From Catajapyx aquilonaris (taxonomy: Eukaryota), in the NCBI GenBank assembly GCA_000934665.2, contig KZ538798.1:1-46776 (forward strand): 46,776 nucleotides of DNA, read 5' to 3'. Shown piece after piece: positions 22,677 through 35,485 of this stretch. The stretch's first letter is position 1. Each line of letters opens with the position of its first letter. Below the pieces are notes generated by a model. That model was given only the letters and a program-made list of their open reading frames with translations, ran no database searches and had not been told where the DNA came from. The position numbers were made by a program, and so were the translations under genes.

Positions 22677-22960
22677 TTAATAATAATAATAATTAATAAT
22701 TCATACCCCGTTATCAGCCATCGTCGGCTCTTTAGGGGGGAAGTTTTGTTTTGCCTGGAACTCTTTGCTTTCATTTTACTGCGCTTTTTGGGATAGGATA
22801 GGGACGGAAGAAAGCGGCTGTGGCCTATTAATTACGGAAGCAACTCTGGAATTTTCCTGGAAGGACCGTGGGAAACCACAGAAAACCACGGTGAGAGTTG
22901 CCGGCCCCGGGATTCGAACCCAGGACCTCCCGATTAGCAGTCGGACACCATATCCCCTAC
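22677..22960 (-). mobile_element. tRNA-derived SINE, further family
   Basis: Minus-strand B box GGTTCGAATCCC; 3' end CCCCCTAAAGAGCC...ACGGGGTA followed by (ATT)n. Confidence 0.75.
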
Positions 22961-23403
22961 TCCAAACTGCTTCGGTTATGTGCTATATTCTTAAACAAAA
23001 AATTTTCAGCACCCGTTTTACACCTGTGCAACACTGAACATGACAGGCAATTGACTATCATCGCAATTATTTCTCACTGAGGCGAGGCTCCCAACTGTAG
23101 GATAATTAGTTTTTTTTACCATTCGCACCTCAAAACTACTGTACTGTACTTAGGATGGTTTGGTTTCATTTATTACAGAGCTAAGATCACTAAAGTCATC
23201 AGGCAGACAAGTGTCCAGTGATTTTTTGACAGAGGCCACAGGAAAACCCATTTGAACATGGAGGTCATATCAACACTCTATGCTAAATGAAAAACTTATC
23301 CATCCGACTTGGGTATAAAGCTCAGGTTCTCTGAGGTGCTACACACCTTCACTGCTCTACTTAAAATAGCAAGATTTTGATTGGGCACTCCGCAACCAAT
23401 TAT

Positions 23404-23760
23404 GGGGGAGGCGTGGTGGCCGAGATGGTAACGTCTTGGCTTGCTGTGCAGAAGGTCCCGGGTTCGATCCCCGGCCCGGGAGTTCCTTCCACCTGCATCA
23501 GTGGGTCTCTGACCCACGCCTAAGGAGGCGTCTTGGCTACCTAGCCTCCTGGGGGACTGCACATGACCCTTTTCAGACATTGCCCTTGCACCTGTGTCCC
23601 CTCCCCAAAAATCCCAATTCCCCTCCCCATTTCCCTTTCTCCACTGCAGTGTTAGAAGAAAACATTTCTGAAAAATTGACATGAAAAAATTGGGGTATTC
23701 CACCCCCCTAAAGGAGCGCTGATATTCTCCCAATGGGGTAAGTAAAATAATAATAAAAAA
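23404..23760 (+). mobile_element. tRNA-derived SINE, family B, copy 2
   Basis: Same head and body as the 2905 copy; flanking direct repeat ACCAATTAT. Confidence 0.9.
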
Positions 23761-25368
23761 TACTACACCAATTATTTTCACTACAAAACTTGCCCCAACT
23801 ATCTCTATCAACACACCCTTGCAACTCCCACTGAATGCATGACCATGTGCACCCACAAGCATGCCAGACACCAGCCCTCTATTATGCCACAAATGAATGG
23901 GTCTCCAGCCAGTTACAACTTACGACGCTTGTGTATGCCTGTCCTCTTGTATTCGTCGACAAATACATTATATCCTGAGTGCCTGCCAAATGTGGCAGAC
24001 CTATAGTTGTAGGTGGCCATGCCTTTTGTCTGGCCAGTGATCCCAGCTGATCTGCAACCTGTTCTTCCTACTAGCCGGTGACCAACCCAAACACGAGTGA
24101 ACAGTCAATCCAAGCCAGGAACAAAGACTGTCCGCCTTTCCTGCAACGCAAAACAGCCAGTAAGGAGGGGGGCAGGCAGAAAAAGTAAGAGCCAAGGAGC
24201 ATTTTCACCACCGCGCACCACCGCAATGGCAAAGTCGCAAAGATGGCATTTTCACAGATGCATCCAGCCCAAAGCTCCAGCCCCTTCTGGTCCAGACCGG
24301 TTCCAGACTCTGAAAAGTGAATAGCGTCTGCTGAAAGTCAGGCGCTACCCCACACCGGTCTAAAGGGTTAGTCCGAAGCCCCAATCTCCGGTCCTTTGTG
24401 TTTGAGTGTGGGTATGGGACATGGGTGTTGGTGACTATGCAACCATCAACATTGAAATGCCGCGTAGGGTATATAAGCGTAGCTGTTGATATTAGTTCAC
24501 ACCGGTTCACACTTGCTATCCGCGGGTCGTTCAATTATCAAATTTCAGGATCTAATTGGAATGCAAAACCACTTTTATTACATGCATAAAACCATGCCTG
24601 GAATCTCAAATGAATATGTTTCAATATGTTATGTCTGGATAAGTCTTATCCTTGCTGCATGTTTTCATTTTCAAGAAATGAACCGTGCTTGAACCGCCCA
24701 CAGCTGCAGCCGCGTGGTAGGAAAGTGTCACCATATAGCCGAAATGTGAGAGTCTATTGGGTTCTACATGGGGAGGTGTGACAGGGTGTGGGAATGGGGC
24801 GTCCAGACCCCCCATTGGCCTTGAAAACTTCTGCATCAGCTGGATTGAGGTGGTACACAGCTTGTCAAGGTCAGTCCTTTCTTCTCCTTTCTTGCAGTGT
24901 TGCCTGAAGTTGCTGTATTGGTACCATCTGGCCTAGCACCAATGAAGCACGTTGAAACATCTGGCCAACAACAAGGGATCACTCATTTGCAATTTATTGA
25001 ACCAGAAGGGATAAGAAAGGAGAGGTAGGGTGGGACAGTTTTAACCCATTATTAGTACACAGTGTTCCCAATTATCCGGATGCGGATTATCCGTGCATTG
25101 CCAAAAGCCCAAAACAAAGAAATAATAAATAAAAGTCGGCAAAAATATGCAAACAAATCCTCAAATTCATTCAATGTCAGTTTTAGTGAACAACATATCA
25201 GTCGACATATTGCACAATAACTAATATTTACATAAAAATTACTGCAGGTTCCTAGCACCCCCTGTGGCCATTTTAGACTTTAAAATTGCAACATTTTTAC
25301 CACTGCATCTTCAAATCAGGAACGTTATTTGAAAATTTAGCTTTCACTTTTCCTGTAGGCATTATTAA

Positions 25369-26171
25369 CCCCTTCAGCCCCAGATCGGCCCGAACCACAC
25401 AGTTTTAGGCTTACGCGTACTCCGAAGATACGGACAAGATATTTTGCAAATAATAACAGCTATACTTACGAGATCTGGGAAAACCCTATGAATGTGTCTG
25501 GAACAATTTTACTCGTCTAGAAGTCCCTATATTAATTTCCAAAAAAGGGCTATAATAACTCGAAATTGGACTACTGCCGCCCAACTTTTAGGCTGATTTA
25601 ATTATGAAATGCGTGAAAATATGCGGAATAACAACCTTGAGAACCATACCAGAGGAATTTGCTGAAATCGTGCTTTGCGAGAAATAAATTAATACTTATT
25701 TGCGGCTTTCTGGCACTTCGGAAAACTTCGGAAAACTCCCAAATTTATTTGTTTCTCATGAAGTACGACGATTTCAGAAAATTCATCTCATACTCATTTA
25801 GGAGTTTTCCTAAGTGCTAGAAAGCCGCAAATAAATATTAATTTATTTCTCGCAAAGTACGACGATTTCAGCAAATTCGTCTGGCATGGTTCTCAAGGAT
25901 ATTATTCCGCATATTTTCACGCATTTCATAATTAAATCAGCCTAAAAGTTGGGCGGCAGTAGTCCAATTTCGAGTTATTATAGCCCTTTTTTGGAAATTA
26001 ATATAGGGACTTCTAGACGAGTAAAATGGTTCCAGACACATTCATAGGGTTTTCCCAGATCTCGTAAGTATAGCTGTTATAGTGTTATTATTTGCAAAAT
26101 ATCTTGTCTGTATCTTCGAGTATGCGTAAGCCAAAAACTGTGTGGTTCGGGCCGATCTGGGGCTGAAGGAG
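25369..26171. mobile_element. piggyBac-like, almost fully palindromic MITE
   Basis: TTAA at 25365-25368 and 26172-26175; near-identical arms of roughly 350 bp starting CCCCTTCAGCCCCAGATCGGCCCGAACC. Confidence 0.92.
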
Positions 26172-27343
26172 TTAAGATTTTTCCTATCACAGGATTTCTA
26201 GTAGAGGATAAGAAACATATTTTAAATGGTGTAATACATATTTCAAGTTATAAATTGCTTTCTGCTGACTATTAGGCAACTTATCAACAGAACAACTTGG
26301 TTGTTTGCTGGTCACACACTTTAATTTTTTTTAAATGTCAATATACACTCGTAAATGGACCTGATATTTATTGCGCAGGGCAATGATTCTTGTGTTACAA
26401 AACTTTAACTTGTTCCTCAGACATCGATGTAAGAAATTCAGTTTTATTATAATCATTTTTGTTGATAATATCGCTTACAAGAAATAAGATACATAGACTA
26501 GCCTACTGTACTGTATACAGTAGGCTATAAGTTACTAGTTATATCCTGTGTGCAGGAGTCCTCCTTGTCAATGTCTACACTGGGTTTCTCCTGCGAAAAA
26601 CTGCAGCGAAGCTGTATCAAGAACAACATCATTTTCACTGAACTTGCTGGTGTTCTGATCATTACTGTGTTAATCAGCAGAAACCCAATGCACAATGCAG
26701 ATACGGACGATGAGGACTTCTGTATGCAGGATAGAACTACTGCATAGCCTACTATACAGTATGTATATTATCTATTATGAAGTGTACACTGTTATGATTA
26801 TAATAAAACTGAGTTTCTTACATCGATGTTTGAGGAAGAAACACTGGGAACAAGCTAAAGTTTTGTAACACAAGAATTATTGCCTGGCGCAATAAATATC
26901 AGGTCCATTTATGAGTGTATAGTGACATTTTTTTGTTATTAAAGTGTGTGACCAGCAAGCAACCAAGTTGTTCTGTTAACTTTTGAGATCAATTTTCATA
27001 CGTTGCCTAATAGTCAGCAGAAAGCAATTTATAACTTGGAATATGTATTACACCATTTTAAAATATGTTTCTTATGCTCTACAGTGGTTCCCAACCGGGG
27101 GGCGTGAGGCCATGAGAAATAAGTCAAATAATGTAACATGGCTCTTCTGTCGTTTCCTATCGACATGTTTGCATTTCTCAGTTATAAAAATATCTTACAA
27201 GAAACTCTTGCTGGAATTTATTGGGGCCGGGGGCGGGGGGGGGGGCGTGAGTGTTTGCCGGTGGAAACGAAAAGGGGGGCTTCATGACGAAAAGGTTGGG
27301 AACCACTGCTCTACTACAAATCCTGTGATAGGAAAAATCTTAA
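26172..27343. mobile_element. Older, large fold-back element with a hAT MITE in its right arm
   Basis: ttaagatttttcctatcacaggattt is inverted relative to aaatcctgtgataggaaaaatcttaa; symmetry can be followed inward to about 26630. Confidence 0.85.
27082..27308. mobile_element. hAT (Buster/Charlie-like) MITE
   Basis: TIR CAGTGGTTCCCAACC; right flank CTCTACTA fits nnnTAnnn, left flank retains CTCTA; absent from the opposite arm of the host palindrome. Confidence 0.85.
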
Positions 27344-27482
27344 TCATGAATTTCAGCTGAACAGTTACACTTATCAAAACATTGATAAGTACATATTTAC
27401 TGTAAATCTCATGCTCTTTAACTTTTGTTTTAGTTGTCTTTTCATAATATTAACTGTTCAAAAAATAAAGCAAAAATAGCTC

Positions 27483-27935
27483 TTTTTGCCGCCATTTTTC
27501 CAAGATGGCGGTTGTAATAGGTAGCTAAAATCATGGCGACATGTTGATTTTGCAACTTCTTATTGTCCTTAACAACTTCCCACAAACAGATCAAAATTAT
27601 CATTAAAATTACAGCGGCACGGAATTTTTGAACAATTCTTCCCGCGCTAATCCAGGCGAAGGTAGTAATGGACATTGTCCGCTCGATTCTGGCTGAACGG
27701 TTACAGTTATCATAATATTGATAGAGTACTCTTCGATGCGACATATAATTACCGTCATGTTCAATGTCTAATTACCTTTCAGAAAATGAACGGTTAAAAA
27801 GATAAAACAGAAAACCCTGTTTTTTCCGCCATTTTTCCATGGCGGCCGTAATATGCCAGGTGGGAAATGGCGACAAGTCGATTTTGAAACTTCTCATTAT
27901 GCTTAACAACTTCCAACAAACAGATCAAAATTAAC
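27483..27935. repeat. Diverged direct repeat of about 120 bp (about 27483-27605 and 27820-27935)
   Basis: Both contain ccgccatttttcca, atggcgaca and cttaacaacttcc.acaaacagatcaaaatta. Confidence 0.7.
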
Positions 27936-28078
27936 ACGCAATATGAGCGCAAATACAAATCTGCCTGGACTAATAGTTCAGTGTCATTAGAGTACTAAAA
28001 TAAGTCCCCACTTACATTTTAAAAATACTGGATAATCCCCCAATAAACAGTCATATTCCATGGCCCATATATAGTTGT

Positions 28079-28084
28079 TTTATT
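28079..28084 (-). promoter_or_regulatory. Candidate polyadenylation signal of SRPRA
   Basis: AATAAA on the minus strand about 120 nt after the stop codon. Confidence 0.4.
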
Positions 28085-28206
28085 CGACCATTCACCAAGT
28101 ACAATATTGCAAGATGATACTGGCAACTAAGAACCAGAAAATTGCCATTTCGTTATTTCATCATTATTCCATCAGAATTTCATCATATTTCATCAAAATT
28201 TCATCA

Positions 28207-28332
28207 TTATTTCATGAGTGCATGAACAACAGCCTTTGCATTGAGTGAGCGCAAATCTGTATAAGTCTGCCCGGTTCCAACAAACACAATTGGCTGACCT
28301 GTGATGTATGTCATGGATATAGCAGCGCCGAC
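28207..28332 (-). CDS. SRPRA: SRP receptor alpha, exon 10 (VGAAISMTYITGQPIVFVGTGQTY...VHALMK*)
   Basis: Conserved SRalpha C-terminus; acceptor ttttcag; TAA at 28209-28207. Confidence 0.97.
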   Translation of the reverse strand, partial: VGAAISMTYITGQPIVFVGTGQTYTDLRSLNAKAVVHALMK

Positions 28333-28385
28333 CTGAAAAGAAAAAATATCTTGCCTACAAACTTCATCATCATTCACAACATTAA

Positions 28386-28920
28386 CCCTTAACTACGTAG
28401 GTGGCCGAAACACCTTTAACTGCGTAGGTGGAGCCTGAGCAGCTCCAACGGTATATTTAAATCTCTGCTTATCAGCTCAATTGTTATATTGGATTTTTCA
28501 CATACAGAAAGTGCAGTTCAGATAATTAGGCTTCCGATAACGTAAAAATCACAAGCTGAGTCAGCATATTCCGACAGAAAAAAATTCGTAACAAGGAACA
28601 GGTCCCACCTGGAGCCGCTCAGGCTCCACCTACGTAGTACAGGGTGCTGTCGTTTTCCCTATCCAGACGCTCTCCACGGAGACAGCACCCTTTACTACGT
28701 AGGTGGAGCCTGAGCGGCTCCAAGGTGGGACCTCTTCCTCGTTACGAATTTTTTCAGCCAAAGAATGGCGACTAAAAATATTTTTTTTCTTCTTTTCATG
28801 CTTAGGAAGGTTTTTGTGAAAAAGTCACAGAAGGACAGGGGGGGAAAACATTTAATTAAAAAGTTACATGCTTTTAAATAGTGGTTGGAGCCTCTCAGGC
28901 TCCACCTATGTAGTTAAGGG
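28386..28920. mobile_element. piggyBac-like MITE with repeated internal palindromic motif
   Basis: TTAA-CCCTTAACTACGTAGGTGG...CCACCTATGTAGTTAAGGG-TTAA; several copies of GGAGCCTGAGCGGCTCC. Confidence 0.88.
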
Positions 28921-28930
28921 TTAATACCAT

Positions 28931-29285
28931 TTTTTTGTTTTGTTTTTTACATTACCCCATTAGAGAGAGCTGAGCCCTTTTAGCAGGGTAGTTTACCACC
29001 ATTTGAATTTTCTCAGATTTTCTGTTTTCTTCAAACTCCGGTGCAGGGAAATCAAGGACAATGGGTAAGGATAGGGATTGTTGGGGAGGGAACGTAGGTG
29101 CAAGTGCAATACCGTTAAATGGGTCATGTGCTGTTCCCCAGGAGGTTAGGCTGCCAGACACCTCCAAGGTGCAGGTCAGAGACCCTCCTGACGCAGGTGA
29201 AAGGGAGCTCCCAGGCGGGGATCAAACTTGGGACCTTTCACTCAGCAAGCCGAGACGTTACCATCTCGGCCACCACACCTCCCCC
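28931..29285 (-). mobile_element. tRNA-derived SINE, family B, copy 3
   Basis: Reverse complement of the 2905 family; TSD TTAATACCAT at 28921-28930 and 29287-29296. Confidence 0.88.
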
Positions 29286-29420
29286 ATTAATACCATATTA
29301 CCTCACTTAAAGCGGCATGCCGGTATAAAAGAGGTCGACCAGCAGGCCGGCATGCCGCAATAATCGAGGTAGATTTCCATAATTTTGATCCTTGCCGAAT
29401 TTTTTTGAATGCATCCGGTA

Positions 29421-29582
29421 CAGTGTTGGACATTAATCGAGGCATACTGCTAGCGACATTTGCCGAAGCGGCAGAAGAAGGAATCTTGCTCGCCCGGCTT
29501 GCAGTATCCTTATCTTTGATTCCTTCTTCTGCCACTTCAGAAAATGTCGCTAGCAGTATGCCTCGATTGATGTCCAACACTG
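29421..29582. mobile_element. Tc1-like palindromic MITE
   Basis: TA-CAGTGTTGGACAT...ATGTCCAACACTG-TA; arms of about 65 bp. Confidence 0.88.
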
Positions 29583-29679
29583 TACTGTTCTAAAATAATG
29601 TTACGCTGAAAAAATGTGCGAGTACAGGCCTACAGGGCTGTGAGAATATGCAAGTTCATCTGTTGCACACGGCATAGAG

Positions 29680-29929
29680 CAGTGCGTCCCAAACTGTGGG
29701 TCGCGACCCAATCATAAAATTTGGGGTCGCAAGGGAGTATAACAAATTATTCTTACAAATTGATTCCATGTCTCAGGAAAAATACGTCTGTAAACGAGAA
29801 GATGTGTTAATTTAGCAATTATTGTCATTGACTACCACTGAGGGGGGTAGTGTCAAATTGGAAGTTGGGGTCGCGAATTTTACGAGACGATTTTCTGGGG
29901 TCGCCACTGAAAAAGATTGAGAAGCACTG
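29680..29929. mobile_element. hAT (Buster/Charlie-like) MITE
   Basis: CAGTGCGTCCCAAACTGTGGGTCGCGACCC...TTGAGAAGCACTG with repeated GGGGTCGC subterminal motifs; TSD not intact. Confidence 0.75.
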
Positions 29930-30086
29930 GCCACTCCCATATTCAGCCTGCTCCTGAACATTACAAAGTATCAAGGCAAATTCAGTCAGTCCTTCGCTTT
30001 GCCCAATTGTTCGCTGGTTGCAGATCTAGTTGGCAATCAGAGGATCACTTTGTGTAGTGATATCAATACATTATTTTATGTGTCTG

Positions 30087-30610
30087 ACAACCAAACTAAC
30101 TCGTCTTACCCTCCTCAATTTTGAAATTTTTTGGATTTTCTAATTCTGCTTGACCTATAGTGTTGTGTAAACATCACCTCTGCTGCTAATTTTCAAGTCA
30201 ACATACAAGCTAAATGAGATATTCCGAAGCCACAACACCTAACAGCCGGTCGCGGGTAGCAGGTCCCCGGTCACCGTGACTGTAGCGTGCTCTAGGGTGG
30301 CCCGAGCAAGTAGAATATGACCTCACACGCTCCGAAATCGATTTTGTGTAGCAACTTAGGAATCAAGTTTAATCAATCATTTACATATCACTGATATCAG
30401 TCGCGACGACCCTAGACCGGCGACCCGCCACCCGCGACCGTATGCAGGTGTTGTGGCTTCGGAATTTCGCTCTTTTGGCGTGCATTTTGACCCTTCTAAC
30501 GTGAAAATTAGCAGCAGAGGTCATGTTTGCACAACACTATAGGTCAATGAGAACTAGAAAATCCAAAAAATTTCAAAATTTGGGAGGGTAAGAAGAGTTA
30601 GTTTGGTTGT
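30087..30610. mobile_element. Fold-back element
   Basis: acaaccaaactaactc...ctctgctgctaattttca is inverted relative to tgaaaattagcagcagag...gagttagtttggttgt. Confidence 0.82.
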
Positions 30611-31154
30611 GAGAAGCCTCGTTACTCGGATAATAAAATCCAAACCTAACGTGTGAAATATCCTGGCAGGTATGCTTCCCTTCTTGCAGCCTTGCACCTG
30701 TAATGGGGTCCTAGCCTTGGCCTGAGATTTGGGTCATTTGTACACCAACAGCTCAACCATACATATAAACATGCATTCCACCACTTTTCGGAACCAAAAG
30801 GTCATTACTCGATAAATTATCAGGGATTTAAAATAATTGGTACTACTTTCACTTATTGCAGATTATATCATATGGACCTTTATACACCATTTTAGAACTG
30901 ATATCATACTGAATTGGCCACGTTTTCTTGGCTCCTCTGATTTTCCGACCATGCCCCAGTCCCGTGGGTGATGGATAATCGGGGTTCTACTGTATTCCCT
31001 AACCAGCATCCCTGTACACAGTACGTAGCAGTTTTCTTACAAGTTGATAATAAGGTACAGTGTCCTAAACTTGCACGACTATTTTCAATACCCTTCAGCA
31101 TTCCCCACATGCAAGATATTTGCTCCCTCACATATGACATGTTTATGAACTTAC

Positions 31155-31631
31155 CTTGTCATCAATGGTGTCAAACTTGGTAAGAACAATCCCGTCAATG
31201 AGATGCGGATTGGCTGCATCTGAATGATCAGCAAGAGCCCGGTTGAATTTAACCAGCTGGTCAACTGCTTCATTCCCAACTAATGCCTCCCCTACAAATA
31301 GCACCATGTCTGGCTCATTAACCTTAATTAGCTTGGCCAAAGCTCTCATGAGTGGTTCATTATCCTGCATGCGCCCAGCCGTGTCAATCAAGACAACATC
31401 CAGGTGGGTGTCCCGGGCAAAGTTAATGGCCTCCATCGCTATACCTGCAGCATCTTTACCATAGCCCTTCTCATATAATTGCACCATCTGTCGTCCACCA
31501 TGCTTCTCTGGAGGGTGTAGGGCATTCAAGTGTCGTACATGAGTGCGCAGTTGCTCCACTGCACCAGCACGAAAAGTGTCACAAGCAGCGATCAGCACAC
31601 GATGGTTGTTTTCTATCAGCCAGAAGCAGAT
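31155..31631 (-). CDS. SRPRA: SRP receptor alpha, exon 9 (GTPase motifs DTFRAGA, DTAGR, TKFD)
   Basis: ICFWLIEN...[14 protein letters not shown]...[13 protein letters not shown]...[10 protein letters not shown]; acceptor cacag, donor GTAAGT. Confidence 0.98.
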
Positions 31632-32193
31632 CTGTGGTGAGGATCAAAGAGGATACATATTTTTCAAATTTGTTCCCCAAGCCTCAAGACAATATAATTA
31701 CATTTCCTGCCTATTTAATCATATAGAAAAAAAAATCATTAGGAAGTAACTGACATATCCAGCAAAACCATAGGAAGTACACTTTTAGCTGCAAGAGGAG
31801 CTAATTCTGGCAACAGTTACCATGCAATATCAAGATCACTGGAAACATCTGAGGAAAGATCCACCTGTAAGGGCCAACCAGCCCAATGGGTGGTGAATCA
31901 AGTGAGGGCTGTGGGGGAAAAACATGATAACTGACAAAAGAGTAATTTTTCAGGAGAGCGAATTGAAGTTTGAATTTGCTTAACAAATCATAGGGAATGC
32001 TGGTTGTGATCTAGTCCGTGTGGCCGTCTCATGCATGATACATGAACTTGGAGTATATCAAACTGTTTGTCATGTCTTATACATAGTTGCTAGGTGTTTA
32101 GGTAAAAAATGACAAAAATGTCAGTTATCATGTTTTTCCCCCACAGCCCTCAAGTCATACATTCACTCTAGATCAGTGTAACAACCTTCTTAC

Positions 32194-32385
32194 CTTAGCC
32201 AGGTTGGTGGATTTTCCGACACCATTTACTCCACAGAATGACATGACATAAGGACGAGTAGCATTCTTGGCCTCAACAACGTCTCTGAGGATGTCCAACC
32301 TGCGTTTGGGACTCAGAATCTGAACCAGGGCCTCTGTCAAAGTGCTGCGCACAGTAGATGATACACTCTCGAAAGTGCCCAGAAC
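32194..32385 (-). CDS. SRPRA: SRP receptor alpha, exon 8 (P-loop GVNGVGKST)
   Basis: VLGTF...RPYVMSFCGVNGVGKSTNLAK; acceptor ccag, donor GTAAGA. Confidence 0.97.
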
Positions 32386-33267
32386 CTGGCGAAAGATATA
32401 ATAAAACCTGTCAGGGCTGCATAATCTGATTAAATTATTTGCTATTGATTTTACAAAGTCAACATTTGGCATATGAGTATGTTTGACACCTTCTGTCTCA
32501 CAAAATACAGGGTGATCCAATTGACTTACCGTTTCAGCTAGCAATTTTTTGGCACCAAACTGCTGATTTTGAACAGTAACATTTGCATACTTAATTTTAA
32601 TGATTATAATCAAATGTACTAGCTGCTAATATCAAGGTTGTGTGGACCCATCCCTTTTAAAGCCTGCAAAGGGGGTCTGAACTACAACAATGAATTATAT
32701 CATCAACATTCAAAAATACATTGCAATTCACAGCATGGATAGATGATTCAGTTAGGCCTAATATTACTAAATGTTAAATGAAAAGTAACTGCTTAAAAGT
32801 AAGCAGCTTAGTGGCAAAAAATCAATCAGCAGAGCATCTCTCCTTGTCTCCTCTTTTCTCAACATGCTAAATTGCACCCTTCCTTGTGCAATGTATTTTT
32901 TATGTCGCTTTTGCCCCATTAAAAACCAATCAATCAACCTCTCCCTCATTCCTTTAACTGTCCTGGTCAAATATCATGATTCTGTGCAATAATTAGTAAA
33001 AAGTGCAGCAGATGATGATTTTCAAATGCAGTTTCTCCCCAGTATTTTTACCCCCAAAAGCATTGTTATTTCAAAGTGGTGGAAATTTTTAAAGTCTTCT
33101 CAAGAGGTCAGCTGGATGGCTCTTATTAAAACAATCCGCACAATGAGGACCAAGCCATAATTTAACATTCATATTTTTTTACAGAAAGGCCCAACAATGG
33201 GTATCAAATATATGACCACTTCCGATCAAAGTACATGATAGTAGGCTTTGGAAGAAGCAATACTGAC

Positions 33268-33606
33268 CTTCCCTTCCAGTTGATTAGCCACTGAATCACA
33301 TAGCTTGACAGCAATATCAGCAGCCACATTCTTGGTGATCAGATGGTCCTTCAACTTTTCCAGCACGGGGTGCATTGACTCATGAGTAATGTTCTTGCTG
33401 CCTACAAGCCCCCGGAACATGGAAAAAACGCCTCCTCCACCCTGTGACCTGTTCTTGAAGGTAGGCTCCTTGAAGGTAACTTTACTGCGGTCTGTTCGTG
33501 AATCCTCATCCTCTTCGTCCTCATCCTCTTCAACTTCATCATAATCCTCTTCATCATTGTCCTCTATCTCCAGGTCATGTATGCTACCCTTCATCTTGCC
33601 AACCAT
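33268..33606 (-). CDS. SRPRA: SRP receptor alpha, exon 7 (acidic linker and N domain)
   Basis: GLVGSK...LKDHLITKNVAADIAVKLCDSVANQLEGK; acceptor gtag, donor GTCAGT. Confidence 0.96.
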
Positions 33607-34648
33607 CTACAATTAGCAGAATTCAAGAAGTGGGTAAATCCAATAGGTGTTACCAGTAATGTAGAGCCACATTATCAGGTCCCATCAATTACTGGTTGGT
33701 TCAACAAGTTACTTCATCCATTTTAATTAAAATATTGATTGCTAAAAACTCTTGATTACCATTGTGTCTAGGCAATGAATGTGTTATAGTGTGTGCTTCA
33801 GAATTTAACTCACATCCACATCAATGCAAATGTTGTGGATGCTAATGCAACATGTTGCTACACCTGTGCCTAAGTCTAATTGTCAAATTTAAGCCTGTCA
33901 GAAGAATCAAAGGCACACACGTCTTCCCCTAATTCTCTCCATCAGTGCGGCAAACTGCACTTGTGTTATACACGATTATTCAAAATGATTTAATCTTATT
34001 TCAAATGAGCATAATTCCATTACTATCAGCATACATCAAATGAATGAGGATATCTCTTGAGTTTTATAATGTCACTGCAGAAGGGCTCCACTTCACTGTG
34101 GCAGAAAATGCTAACCTTACAGCAGCAGGCTTTTTTCTGCTCTGCAATTTTCTAGCTGAGAATCGGTAGTCACAATGCAGTGAGTTTCATCAACGTTGAT
34201 CAACCAGGTGCTCAGAGCATCTGTCGGTGGTGTTGGTAGTTTTAGGAAATGGAATGTGTCAAGGCAACAGCACAGGACGACTGCACATACGCCTGATTAA
34301 TACACAGTTGACATTTTTTCACATGCTGTTTGTTGCGGAGCCAGTGACAGTGAAGCCATCTAGTGATGACCTTTCATAACTTGAAAATGCCGTCTTTCAT
34401 TTGGTGTACGCCTGGTTAACCCTTTGACGCCTGAGTACATGATTGAACATGAATTGCTGCAAAAAATAAGACGTTTACATGACACATAGTTGCCATCTTT
34501 AAAAAGGCTGCCAATTTAGTTACAGGAGAAATCTGAGATGGCCCTATATCCAAAAACGTCCATTAGGGTGTTGTCTACAAGTGTGCCAAAATTCATGCTT
34601 CTATCATTAAAGGCTCAATCGTTTCATCTATCTGCCCTACTATGTATA

Positions 34649-35485
34649 CAGGGTGGAGGGAAACTCGCAGACAATCGCCAGGTAGACTGATAGTACTCGT
34701 AAAACTAATATAGGGATGTGCAATTAGTTTTCGGCTCCGTTGCATAGTTAATGCATACGGCGCTGTCAAAGTTTCTTCCGTTCCGCCATCTTCAAAGAAG
34801 CAAAAGTCACTGTGAGGGTTTCTTTTAAAACAGATGAAGACACGAGTTGTGAGTACTGCAACCTCCAATCCCCCTTCACCCTCTGGCATTTATTGCGTGA
34901 ATGCCCACTGTTTTCCGCTGTGACTTGCTTGAATCTGCAGTGTTTACAGCGTTATCCAATTGACTGCTTTCATCTGAGCTGGGCTGATTTGTCAGCGATG
35001 GAAGTCTTTCAGCTGTACCGGGTCCTAACACAGGTTGGAAGGAGGATCAACTTTTTCATGTATTAGTGTGTTCTTGCTCCACACTATCCTGTAGTATTTG
35101 TTTTCCTTTTTTTTTTTGCTATGTAAACATGACTATGACGGCCTGTCCCCCCCCTATATTGGCAATTGCCACAGGGGGGTACTACAAATAAATAAATAAA
35201 TAAATAAAATGTCAGTGTGAGGGCCTCCGGTCCCTTGCCTTGGTCCCATAACACATCATCCATGTGCAATAGGTGATCAAATCCCGTCAGAGTAAGAATC
35301 CGGGTACGACACTGGTGCACTTCGTCGATTTTACCTCGTATTTTACCATCCGTTCCTCAACACTTTAAAGGTGCCGTACGCATTAACTACACAACGGAGC
35401 CAAAAACTAATTGCACATCCCTATATTAGTTTTGAGAGTACTATCAGTCTACCTGGTGATTGTCCGCGAGTTTCCTTTCATCCTG
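34649..35485. mobile_element. Tc1-like MITE with TIRs of about 110 bp, containing a LINE fragment
   Basis: TA-CAGGGTGGAGGGAAACTCGC...atatagggatgtgcaattagtttt is mirrored at 35373-35485. Confidence 0.85.
34819..35210 (+). mobile_element. Severely 5'-truncated LINE (terminal CCHC knuckle, 3'UTR and (TAAA)n tail)
   Basis: CEYC...TLWHLLREC; TSD GTCA(C/G)TGTGAGGG at 34806-34818 and 35211-35223. Confidence 0.82.

Larger units (their letters stand above)
29289..29950. mobile_element. Relic of the 10600-11212 family, hosting two younger MITEs
   Basis: Shares ggcatgccggtataaaa, aattttgatccttgccgaatttttt and tcagcctgct with 10615-10892. Confidence 0.75.

Noticed and set aside
23770..25030. Maelstrom first exons or a retroelement ORF in GC-richer unique-looking sequence
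   Set aside because: The frames examined are interrupted by stops, and no convincing motif or phase-compatible exon was found; left uncalled.
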